A stretch of DNA of 64,000 nucleotides from Escherichia coli. Its GTDB lineage: Bacteria > Pseudomonadota > Gammaproteobacteria > Enterobacterales > Enterobacteriaceae. Where the stretch lies: assembly GCF_030013205.1 (NCBI RefSeq), contig NZ_CP122648.1, one strand, 5' to 3'. Below are positions 53,453-61,171 of this stretch, piece by piece. Numbering within the stretch: the stretch's first letter is position 1; every line of letters begins with the position of its first letter. The translations under genes and the position numbers were made by a program. The notes beneath the pieces are model-generated. The model had not been told where the DNA came from. It was given only the letters and a program-made list of their open reading frames with translations, and ran no database searches.

Positions 53453-54018
53453 GCGTTAGTTTCTCCACAACCAGAAGCAATCGACGCCACGACGCCCGGA
53501 GCTGCACACTCGCGGGCGTCATTACTTTCTGAAATGCAAAAAATTTTGTAGACAAGTGCTGCATGCTCCTGCAGCTTCGAAATTGAGAGATACAGCTCGT
53601 CGTTAATTGCTGTCTTCTCATGCGGTTCCACTACACCGTCTTCGATTGCTGAACGAATCTGTTTTGAATAACTGCCGATCTGTTCAATGACTTCCAGCAG
53701 ACGCTGGTTAATATCGGCGTTGTCCACATCCTCGACGTCAGGAAGAGACACAAAGACGCCATTTGCAGACTGCGCCACAGCATCAGCAATGAAGTGAGTG
53801 CCACCAGCACGCTGTAAAACCATTGCCCATCCCAGCGGGAAAATCTGATCGCCATCTGCACGAAGGCGGTTGAATAAAGCGTTTTCTGTTACATCGAGCC
53901 AGTCAGCCGCTTCAGCGTAACCACCCGGCAACGCCGCGATAGTTTTTCTGACAGCTTTCACGTACCACTCAGGCTGTTTTTCTATTTTCCAGTGATGCTT
54001 ACCCACGATTAGCCTCAT
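53449..54018 (-). CDS. phage regulatory protein in the cII position (CII-like, function not verified)
   Basis: 189-codon ORF directly downstream of the cro-like gene on the same strand; assignment by gene order, family not confirmed. Confidence 0.5.
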
Positions 54019-54049
54019 CGTTCTGTGGTTAAAAATTGAAAGTGTTCTG

Positions 54050-54250
54050 CTAATCTTTCGGATAGATATCCGGTCTTAAGTCAGATTTCGTAATTGCACC
54101 TGACGTGCATTGCTCAAGTTTTTTAGCCAGCACAAAACTGGCTTTTTTATAGCCATTGAAAACCAGCCGTAAGTAGCCAGGTGTTGAGCCAACTTTTCCG
54201 GCCAACTCGCCCTGCTGTTCTTTGGTTAAAGAGTCCCAATACGCTTTCAT
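54050..54250 (-). CDS. Cro-like HTH repressor
   Basis: 66-aa product MKAYWDSLTKEQQGELAGKVGSTPGYLRLVFNGYKKASF… with GGAGG 10 nt upstream; divergent from cI across a palindromic operator region. Confidence 0.7.
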   Translation of the reverse strand: MKAYWDSLTKEQQGELAGKVGSTPGYLRLVFNGYKKASFVLAKKLEQCTSGAITKSDLRPDIYPKD

Positions 54251-54340
54251 ACAATATGTACCTCCGATGTACATATCACATGATTAAAATGAACCTTCAA
54301 GATACTTGTACCTTAACGGTACAAGGGTTTTAATTTCGTT
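54251..54340. promoter_or_regulatory. OR-like operator/promoter region between the cro-like gene and cI
   Basis: Two palindromes sharing a TGTACC half-site: atatgtac-ctccgat-gtacatat (54254-54276) and cttgtacc-ttaac-ggtacaag (54306-54326). Confidence 0.65.
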
Positions 54341-55015
54341 ATGAAAACAATCCATGACATCCGGCGGTCTAACGCCAGAAAACTGAGAGATGGTGTTGGC
54401 GGGAATTCTTCCTTTGCCACTATGATTGATCGCGAGCCAACCCAGACCAGCAGGTTTATGGGAGATGGTGCTACTAAAAATATCGGTGACAGCATGGCAC
54501 GACACATCGAAAAATGTTTCGACCTGCCTGTCGGATGGCTCGATCAAGAACACCAGACAACGAACATCACAAAAAAACCTGATGTTTCAATCACTAATAA
54601 ACAAATCACATTAGTCCCTGTCATATCATGGGTACAGGCCGGAGCATGGAAAGAAGTTGGATATTCTGAGGTTGATTTGAGCACAGCAGAAACGTATCCC
54701 TGCCCTGTACCCTGTGGGGAAATGACTTATATCCTGCGGGTGATAGGTGATTCAATGATTGATGAGTACCGCCCGGGAGACATGATTTTTGTCGATCCTG
54801 AAGTACCTGCCTGCCACGGTGACGACGTTATTGCATTGATGCACGATACAGGTGAAACCACCTTCAAAAGGTTGATAGAAGATGGGACACAGCGTTATCT
54901 CAAAGCGTTAAACCCAAACTGGCCTGAGCCTTACATTAAGATCAACGGTAATTGCTCTATAATTGGAACTGTGATTTTCTCAGGAAAACCAAGAAGATAC
55001 AAAATCAAAGCCTAA
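54341..55015 (+). CDS. CI-like phage repressor (N-terminal HTH, C-terminal LexA/S24-type autopeptidase)
   Basis: 224-aa ORF with the S24 serine motif (VIGDSM) and a downstream lysine (TFKRL). Confidence 0.85.
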   Translation: MKTIHDIRRSNARKLRDGVGGNSSFATMIDREPTQTSRFMGDGATKNIGDSMARHIEKCFDLPVGWLDQEHQTTNITKKPDVSITNKQITLVPVISWVQAGAWKEVGYSEVDLSTAETYPCPVPCGEMTYILRVIGDSMIDEYRPGDMIFVDPEVPACHGDDVIALMHDTGETTFKRLIEDGTQRYLKALNPNWPEPYIKINGNCSIIGTVIFSGKPRRYKIKA

Positions 55016-55026
55016 TCAATGTTTAT

Positions 55027-55050
55027 GAACCTGCTTCGGCAGGTTTTTTT
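55027..55050 (+). terminator. intrinsic terminator after cI
   Basis: gaacctgc-ttcg-gcaggtt followed by ttttttt. Confidence 0.75.
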
Positions 55051-55054
55051 ATAC

Positions 55055-55095
55055 TTGACAATGTACCTTTGAGATACATAATGTACCCAAGAGAA
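55055..55095 (+). promoter_or_regulatory. pL-like sigma70 promoter with OL-like operator half-sites
   Basis: TTGACA (55055-55060), 16 bp, CATAAT (55077-55082); two AATGTACC motifs overlap it, matching the TGTACC half-site of the OR palindromes. Confidence 0.55.
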
Positions 55096-55229
55096 ACAAC
55101 AAACAGGCAGGACCCCCACGAAGTATCCGCCTGGGGCATATGAAGTTCAGGATGATTCGTTAGCAACAAAAAAGCGCCCTACAGGACGCTTAGCTCTTTA
55201 ACAATCTGGATATCCACAACAGTAGTAAT

Positions 55230-55721
55230 CTACAGATTGCCGTTAAGTTTTCTGGACAACTCCTCAATGGATGGAGGCGATACGTAATCCGGATTTTTAT
55301 TCATCAGAAACTTATTTTCACAGTGGAGGCACCTGCTTTTATGAAAAAGCTCATCTTCGCTAACCGGGAATGGTTGAAGTATCGATACTATCTTTTGTCC
55401 AAAACATTTTGGGCAAAGATGCATGGTTATGCTGCCACCGTTCACGATTACCTCCTTCGAGTATACAAAAGTACCCGACTCAAGTTGGTTAAGGATATAG
55501 CCTTCCGTCTGAGCCTCAAAGTTTTCGAATTCTGCAATTTTAGCTTTGAGAGAAGCATTTATTTCTTGATAAGAGCCCACCAGTTCAACGAGAGACACGC
55601 ATTCGCGCTGAATAGACGCAAGCTTTGAGTTCAGCTCACCAATAGCCGCATTTACTTCAGCTTGAGTTTTTGCCTCGTTCATTAGTTTTGCAATCTGGGC
55701 TGTTTCACGAATAGCCGTCAT
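55230..55721 (-). CDS. prophage moron: coiled-coil protein with C-terminal C4 zinc ribbon, function unknown
   Basis: 163 aa from MTAIRETAQIAKLMNEAKTQAEVNAAIGELNSKL…; CPKCF…(18 aa)…CLHCE; AT-rich; start uncertain (alternative GTG at about 55754). Confidence 0.55.
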   Translation of the reverse strand: MTAIRETAQIAKLMNEAKTQAEVNAAIGELNSKLASIQRECVSLVELVGSYQEINASLKAKIAEFENFEAQTEGYILNQLESGTFVYSKEVIVNGGSITMHLCPKCFGQKIVSILQPFPVSEDELFHKSRCLHCENKFLMNKNPDYVSPPSIEELSRKLNGNL

Positions 55722-55789
55722 TGCTGCCGTTAATTCAGCGATCACATTGAATACTCTTATTGTTGTTGGGGATATCCAGATTAACCGAA

Positions 55790-56214
55790 TCCTTGTTGTT
55801 GGGGAATAACCAGGTCCACCTCGCCTGATGTGGCTAAAAGCAGGCACATAACAGCTAAGTATTTTCAACCAGAGAGAATCCTTAGCGTTGTGGTGAATGC
55901 GGCTCAGCGCACGCGGGTTAAGGTTGAGGCTGACAGTCGACCTTCTGTGGATACCCACCCGCCTGGTGTGCAACCTTCGCCAGGCACCGGGAGGCACCCG
56001 GCACCACAACTTTATGCTGTGTGTAGTCCTGGCGGTACCAGCTTGTACCCTTGCTTCCGGCTGGTACCGTCCTTTTTACAAAACAGAGAAGAGCATCACC
56101 GGACGACGGGCTCATAACCCAATCCATCCGGGCGGCGGCCACCACAGGTGTTCTTCTCTGTTTTGTGGAGAAACTAATCGGCCTTGCAGGGTCGATATGA
56201 TGAGGAGCAGCAAA
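55790..56214 (+). other. GC-rich, highly structured non-coding region (candidate structured RNA or recombination remnant)
   Basis: Nested inverted repeats: gcctgg/ccaggc, ccggg/cccgg, ggtaccagc/gctggtacc (9 bp), and caaaacagagaaga…tcttctctgttttg (about 15-17 bp); ORFs here lack plausible starts. Confidence 0.4.
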
Positions 56215-56577
56215 ATGGCTAGCGAACGCAGTACTGATGTGCAGGCATTTATCGGGGAGCTGGACGGCGGCGTATTTGAAACCAAAATCGGCGCAGTTCT
56301 CAGTGAAGTCGCTTCCGGTGTGATGAACACGAAAACCAAAGGTAAGGTCTCACTCAACCTGGAAATCGAACCATTTGATGAGAACCGTGTGAAAATCAAA
56401 CACAAACTCTCATATATTCGCCCGACTAACCGCGGGAAAATTTCCGAAGAAGACACCACCGAAACGCCGATGTATGTCAATCGCGGTGGTCGCCTGACTA
56501 TTCTGCAGGAAGACCAGGGACAATTACTGACTCTTGCCGGTGAACCTGACGGAAAACTCCGCGCAGCAGGTCGTTAA
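56215..56577 (+). CDS. yfdP: YfdP-like prophage protein (CPS-53 homologue as I recall)
   Basis: 120-aa product MASERSTDVQAFIGELDGGVFETKIGAVLSEV… with GAGGAG 9 nt upstream of the ATG. Confidence 0.7.
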   Translation: MASERSTDVQAFIGELDGGVFETKIGAVLSEVASGVMNTKTKGKVSLNLEIEPFDENRVKIKHKLSYIRPTNRGKISEEDTTETPMYVNRGGRLTILQEDQGQLLTLAGEPDGKLRAAGR

Positions 56578-56642
56578 TATCGTTCGTAATAAACTGATTA
56601 TTTATCTCATCACTGAATATCTTTATATAGTGAGGACTTATT

Positions 56643-57467
56643 ATGTCTCAGAACTTAGACGCAACCGCAATTAATCAAATCCATGCCCTTATTTCTGCTC
56701 AGGGTGTTAATGAAATTATCAGTAAGATTGGTGCCGATGCTGTGGCATTGCCTGAGAATTTCCGCATTCATGATCTGGAAAAATTTAATTTAAATCGCTT
56801 CCGTTTCCGTGGTGCACTTTCCACTGCCAGCATCGATGATTTTACCCGTTATTCTAAAGATCTTGCAGATGAAGGCACCCGCTGCTTTATCGATGCCGAT
56901 AATATGCGTGCCGTCAGTGTGCTTAACCTGGGTACTATTGATGAGCCAGGTCACGCAGATAACACTGCCACTCTCAAACTGAAAAAGACAGCACCGTTCT
57001 CTGCTCTGTTGTCTGTTAACGGCGAGCGTAACTCCCAGAAGTCACTGGCAGAATGGATCGAAGACTGGGCCGACTACCTTGTGGGCTTTGATGCTAATGG
57101 TGACGCCATTCAAGCAACAAAAGCGGCTGCGGCAGTCCGTAAAATCACGATTGAAGCAAACCAGACCGCTGATTTTGAAGATAATGACTTCAGCGGCAAA
57201 CGCTCCCTGATGGAGTCTGTCGAAGCGAAGACCAAAGACATTATGCCAGTGGCATTTGAATTTAAATGCGTTCCGTTTGAAGGTCTGAAAGAACGTCCGT
57301 TTAAATTACGCCTCAGCATTATCACTGGCGATCGTCCTGTACTGGTTCTGCGCATTATTCAGCTGGAAGCGGTGCAGGAAGAAATGGCTAACGAATTTCG
57401 TGATCTGCTTGTTGAGAAATTCAAAGACAGCAAAGTAGAAACCTTTATTGGTACTTTCACCGCCTGA
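56643..57467 (+). CDS. yfdQ: YfdQ-like prophage protein (unknown function)
   Basis: 274-aa [33 protein letters not shown]…. Confidence 0.7.
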   Translation: MSQNLDATAINQIHALISAQGVNEIISKIGADAVALPENFRIHDLEKFNLNRFRFRGALSTASIDDFTRYSKDLADEGTRCFIDADNMRAVSVLNLGTIDEPGHADNTATLKLKKTAPFSALLSVNGERNSQKSLAEWIEDWADYLVGFDANGDAIQATKAAAAVRKITIEANQTADFEDNDFSGKRSLMESVEAKTKDIMPVAFEFKCVPFEGLKERPFKLRLSIITGDRPVLVLRIIQLEAVQEEMANEFRDLLVEKFKDSKVETFIGTFTA

Positions 57468-57594
57468 TTTCATTACTGCAAATGCCCCTGCGGGGGCATT
57501 TATGGAAACGTAATTAACTCAATAATCACCGGATGGTGAGGGCTTCCTTTTACCAGAATTCAGCGCGGTGCAGTGCATATACGTGGAGAACAAA

Positions 57595-58656
57595 ATGTCA
57601 TTTATTAAAACTTTTTCCGGGAAGCATTTTTATTATGACAAGATAAATAAAGACGACATCGATATTAACGATATCGCGGTTTCCCTTTCAAATATCTGTC
57701 GCTTTGCCGGTCATCTTTCGCACTTCTACAGCGTCGCCCAACATGCGGTTCTTTGCAGCCAGCTGGTGCCGCAGGAATTTGCTTTTGAAGCGTTAATGCA
57801 TGATGCAACAGAAGCGTATTGCCAGGACATTCCCGCACCACTGAAACGCCTTCTTCCTGACTATAAACGGATGGAAGAAAAAATAGACGCCGTAATCCGT
57901 GAGAAATACGGGTTATCAACTCAGACAAAGGCAAAGCATCTTGCCATGATAAAGGCCATTCTCCGTGCTGCAGAACGCGACTGGAAGTGGCTGGAAAAAG
58001 CGCCTGTCATCAAGATACCAGCGGTCAGAAACAAGCGAGTCAGATGGCTGGAAAAGGAGGAAGCAAAACGCCTTATTGATGAGTGCCCCGAACCACTGAA
58101 ATCTGTCGTCAAGTTTGCGCTGGCAACTGGTCTGAGAAAGTCGAACATCATAAATCTGGAATGGCAACAAATCGACATGCAGCGACGAGTTGCCTGGGTG
58201 AATCCAGAAGAGAGCAAATCAAACCGCGCCATTGGTGTGGCGCTGAACGATACCGCCTGTAAAGTGTTGCGTGATCAAATAGGCAAGCATCACAAATGGG
58301 TGTTTGTACATACCAAGGCGGCTAAGCGAGCAGATGGAACATCAACGCCTGCGGTCAGGAAGATGCGCATCGACAGCAAGACATCATGGCTATCAGCTTG
58401 TCGTCGTGCAGGAATTGAAGATTTCCGTTTCCATGACCTCAGACACACCTGGGCAAGCTGGCTGATCCAGTCAGGCGTCCCATTATCTGTGCTTCAGGAA
58501 ATGGGCGGATGGGAGTCCATAGAAATGGTTCGTAGGTATGCTCACCTTGCGCCTAATCATTTGACAGAGCATGCAAGGAAAATAGACGACATTTTTGGTG
58601 ATAATGTCCCAAATATGTCCCACTGTGGAATTATGGAGGATATAAAGAAGGCGTAA
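57595..58656 (+). CDS. chimeric ORF: HD-domain phosphohydrolase N-terminus (YfdR-like) fused in frame to a tyrosine-recombinase catalytic domain (IntD-like)
   Basis: N-terminal 115 aa [15 protein letters not shown]…AGHLSHFY…[14 protein letters not shown] (HD motifs); the rest (…[19 protein letters not shown]…[10 protein letters not shown]…VRRYAHL…) is an integrase C-terminal domain with R/H-x-x-R/Y residues; ends 15 bp from argU. Confidence 0.8.
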   Translation: MSFIKTFSGKHFYYDKINKDDIDINDIAVSLSNICRFAGHLSHFYSVAQHAVLCSQLVPQEFAFEALMHDATEAYCQDIPAPLKRLLPDYKRMEEKIDAVIREKYGLSTQTKAKHLAMIKAILRAAERDWKWLEKAPVIKIPAVRNKRVRWLEKEEAKRLIDECPEPLKSVVKFALATGLRKSNIINLEWQQIDMQRRVAWVNPEESKSNRAIGVALNDTACKVLRDQIGKHHKWVFVHTKAAKRADGTSTPAVRKMRIDSKTSWLSACRRAGIEDFRFHDLRHTWASWLIQSGVPLSVLQEMGGWESIEMVRRYAHLAPNHLTEHARKIDDIFGDNVPNMSHCGIMEDIKKA

Positions 58657-58671
58657 CTGATTGAATTGTAA

Positions 58672-58748
58672 TGGCGCGCCCTGCAGGATTCGAACCTGCG
58701 GCCCACGACTTAGAAGGTCGTTGCTCTATCCAACTGAGCTAAGGGCGC
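58672..58748 (-). tRNA. argU: tRNA-Arg (anticodon UCU), argU
   Basis: Reverse complement reads GCGCCCTTAGCTCAGTTGGATAGAGCAACGACCTTCTAAGTCGTGGGCCGCAGGTTCGAATCCTGCAGGGCGCGCCA (77 nt, encoded CCA). Confidence 0.95.
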
Positions 58749-58990
58749 GTTGATACCGCAATGCGGTGTAATCGCGTGAATTATACGGTCAACCCTTGCT
58801 GAGTCAATGGCTTTTGATCTGGTTGCTGAACAAGTGAACGACCGCGTCTGATTTTCTGATTTATTTCGCTATAGCGGCAAACAAACGCACATCGCTGCGC
58901 GTCTGAATCAAGAAAACCCGTATTTTCATGTATCAAAGTACAATTTCCCGCCCTAACGGAAAATTGTCCGATCCAATGAGACTGGTAACT

Positions 58991-59623
58991 ATGAAACCAA
59001 CGTCGGTGATCATTATGGATACTCATCCTATCATCAGAATGTCTATTGAAGTTCTGTTGCAAAAAAACAATGAATTGCAAATTGTCCTGAAAACGGATGA
59101 TTATCGCATAACCATCGATTATCTCCGAACCCGTCCTGTTGATTTAATCATTATGGATATAGACTTGCCCGGAACAGACGGTTTTACCTTCCTGAAAAGG
59201 ATCAAACAAATCCAGAGCACAGTGAAAGTATTATTTTTATCATCGAAATCAGAATGCTTTTATGCTGGCAGAGCGATACAAGCTGGTGCTAACGGTTTTG
59301 TCAGTAAATGCAATGATCAAAATGATATTTTTCACGCCGTTCAGATGATCCTCTCCGGATACACTTTTTTCCCCAGCGAAACGCTCAACTATATAAAAAG
59401 CAATAAATGCAGTACGAATAGTTCAACGGTCACGGTGCTATCTAATCGTGAAGTGACCATATTACGTTATCTGGTTAGCGGATTATCCAATAAAGAAATT
59501 GCCGATAAGTTATTACTTAGCAATAAAACAGTTAGTGCGCATAAATCTAATATTTATGGCAAGCTAGGTTTGCATTCAATTGTAGAGCTTATCGACTATG
59601 CCAAATTATATGAATTAATATAA
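58991..59623 (+). CDS. fimZ: LuxR/NarL-family response regulator FimZ
   Basis: Start chosen at MKPTSVIIMDTHPIIRMSIEVLLQKN (210 aa) inside ORF 58928..59623. Confidence 0.93.
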   Translation: MKPTSVIIMDTHPIIRMSIEVLLQKNNELQIVLKTDDYRITIDYLRTRPVDLIIMDIDLPGTDGFTFLKRIKQIQSTVKVLFLSSKSECFYAGRAIQAGANGFVSKCNDQNDIFHAVQMILSGYTFFPSETLNYIKSNKCSTNSSTVTVLSNREVTILRYLVSGLSNKEIADKLLLSNKTVSAHKSNIYGKLGLHSIVELIDYAKLYELI

Positions 59624-59625
59624 TA

Positions 59626-60141
59626 TTAATTATAATTGATCATAAATATCGCATCCGCTTTCGCCACACCTGGCTGAACACCGCTGGCTAACGCTCGATA
59701 ATTGGCAAAAAAGTTTAGTGTGACATTGCCATTTGCATCTACTTCCTCAGTCGGGCTCGCCTCCCCCAGTGCGAGCCGGGAGCGATCGCTATTACGTAAT
59801 TCGATGGCGACGGTTTGTGCCATTGCGGGATCATCCAGAGCCAGCAGGTTGGCATCAGATGCCGGCGTTCCCGTAAATAAAATCGCAACTGAACCCGGAG
59901 GACATCCCTCCAGCCGCAGGCTAAAAGGGACGAGTGCCGTGGTATCGCCAGCGCTCAGTAATTGTGTCGTAGGCCATCTGCCTAAATCTACCGTCTTATC
60001 CTTATCCGCTGTGTTTACGGTACAGGAGAAATCAACAACGTTACCGTGCAAATTGATATTAATCGTTCCTAAAGGGTCAACTGCCCATCCACTGGAACTC
60101 CACAGTAGCCCGCAGAAACAGCTAAAGAGTACTCTTCTCAT
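59626..60141 (-). CDS. sfmF: fimbrial-like protein SfmF
   Basis: Start chosen at MRRVLFSCFCGLLWSSSGWA (171 aa) inside ORF 59626..60336. Confidence 0.9.
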   Translation of the reverse strand: MRRVLFSCFCGLLWSSSGWAVDPLGTININLHGNVVDFSCTVNTADKDKTVDLGRWPTTQLLSAGDTTALVPFSLRLEGCPPGSVAILFTGTPASDANLLALDDPAMAQTVAIELRNSDRSRLALGEASPTEEVDANGNVTLNFFANYRALASGVQPGVAKADAIFMINYN

Positions 60142-60151
60142 TCTCCGTACC

Positions 60152-61159
60152 TCATTGATAATCGACGCGTAAATACCCCAGCGCGCTAAACGGCCCTTCG
60201 GTCGGTTTTTGACCGGTAATACTGATAGGCCAGGCGCGAAGTGTGACATTGGCTGCCGCAGCTGCATCCAGACGGAAAGGAATAACGCTATTGAGATCGT
60301 TAGGCGTGATCGGCGTATCGTTCTGATCGGCCACAATAAAACCTAAATCCTGATTGTCCGACACCATCGCCTGACCAGAAACGGCACTGGCTTCCAGACG
60401 CATTGTTAAATAAGCCTGCGCAGCAACATTCGTACATTTGATCGCAATGCTCTTGGTTTGCGGCATGACACCAGCTGGTCGATTCCCCGGCCCTGCCGCA
60501 CTAAATAACGATGCGCCGATATCACCAAAATCAAATTCAACAATTTGCCCGGCATTTAATTCGCAGTTTTGCGGTACTTCAACCCGGCCACCAAAACTAA
60601 TGGTATAAACAGGTGTAACCAACGGATCGTTAGGCGTTGATGTCACATACACGGTAAACATCACCTGTCTGGGGATCTCCACCATGTTAATAAAGGGACG
60701 AATAACCTTTAAACGAAATATCAAACGAGAATCCATAACCCCGAACGGAAGGTTTTGCGAAACGTTAGGATCTGTTCCCATACGAATATAATTTTGCGGA
60801 GGGAATTGAATATCCATCACGCTATCAACCAGACTCATCGCACCTAATAGATAATCATTTAATTGCATATATTTATAATTATCGATAGTTTCCTGAACAA
60901 TAAAGTTGGTGACATAACTACGGTATGTATAATTCACCAGCGTGCCGGGTGGACAAATTGCTGACACACCTACCCAGCCGGATTTTTCCGGTAAAACAAC
61001 AATCTGCCCTGGCTGGTTATTGGTGCTATTAAAGACATTTGAGAGATCATAGTGTTCATCTTCTGCTACGCCAGTACTATTTGCACAAACAGTAGCCCAG
61101 GATATGTTTGCCAGACACAAACATGCCATTGCCAATAATAATCTGCAGATTATCTTCAT
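60152..61159 (-). CDS. sfmH: fimbrial adhesin-like protein SfmH
   Basis: 335-codon ORF MKIICRLLLAMACLCLANISWA…; the true start may be a few codons downstream. Confidence 0.88.
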   Translation of the reverse strand: MKIICRLLLAMACLCLANISWATVCANSTGVAEDEHYDLSNVFNSTNNQPGQIVVLPEKSGWVGVSAICPPGTLVNYTYRSYVTNFIVQETIDNYKYMQLNDYLLGAMSLVDSVMDIQFPPQNYIRMGTDPNVSQNLPFGVMDSRLIFRLKVIRPFINMVEIPRQVMFTVYVTSTPNDPLVTPVYTISFGGRVEVPQNCELNAGQIVEFDFGDIGASLFSAAGPGNRPAGVMPQTKSIAIKCTNVAAQAYLTMRLEASAVSGQAMVSDNQDLGFIVADQNDTPITPNDLNSVIPFRLDAAAAANVTLRAWPISITGQKPTEGPFSALGYLRVDYQ

Positions 61160-61171
61160 TGATAATTTCCT

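Larger units (their letters stand above)
48341..58716. mobile_element. cryptic lambdoid prophage remnant integrated in argU (~10.4 kb, mosaic and degraded)
   Basis: Bounded by 45-bp direct repeats of the argU 3' end; contains a cI/cro immunity region, tfa fragments, yfdPQR-like genes and an integrase catalytic domain next to argU. Confidence 0.8.

Noticed and set aside
55323-55628. 101-codon basic plus-strand ORF overlapping the moron; considered as a possible N-like antiterminator downstream of the pL-like promoter
   Set aside because: The overlapping minus-strand ORF has convincing protein features (coiled coil, zinc ribbon) whereas this one is F/Y/K/R-rich without domain-like features; kept only as an alternative hypothesis
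55790-56214. Retron-like msr/msd ncRNA interpretation of the GC-rich inverted-repeat region
   Set aside because: No reverse transcriptase gene is adjacent (the downstream genes are 120-aa and 274-aa yfdP/yfdQ-like proteins), so a retron is unlikely; retained as an unexplained structured region
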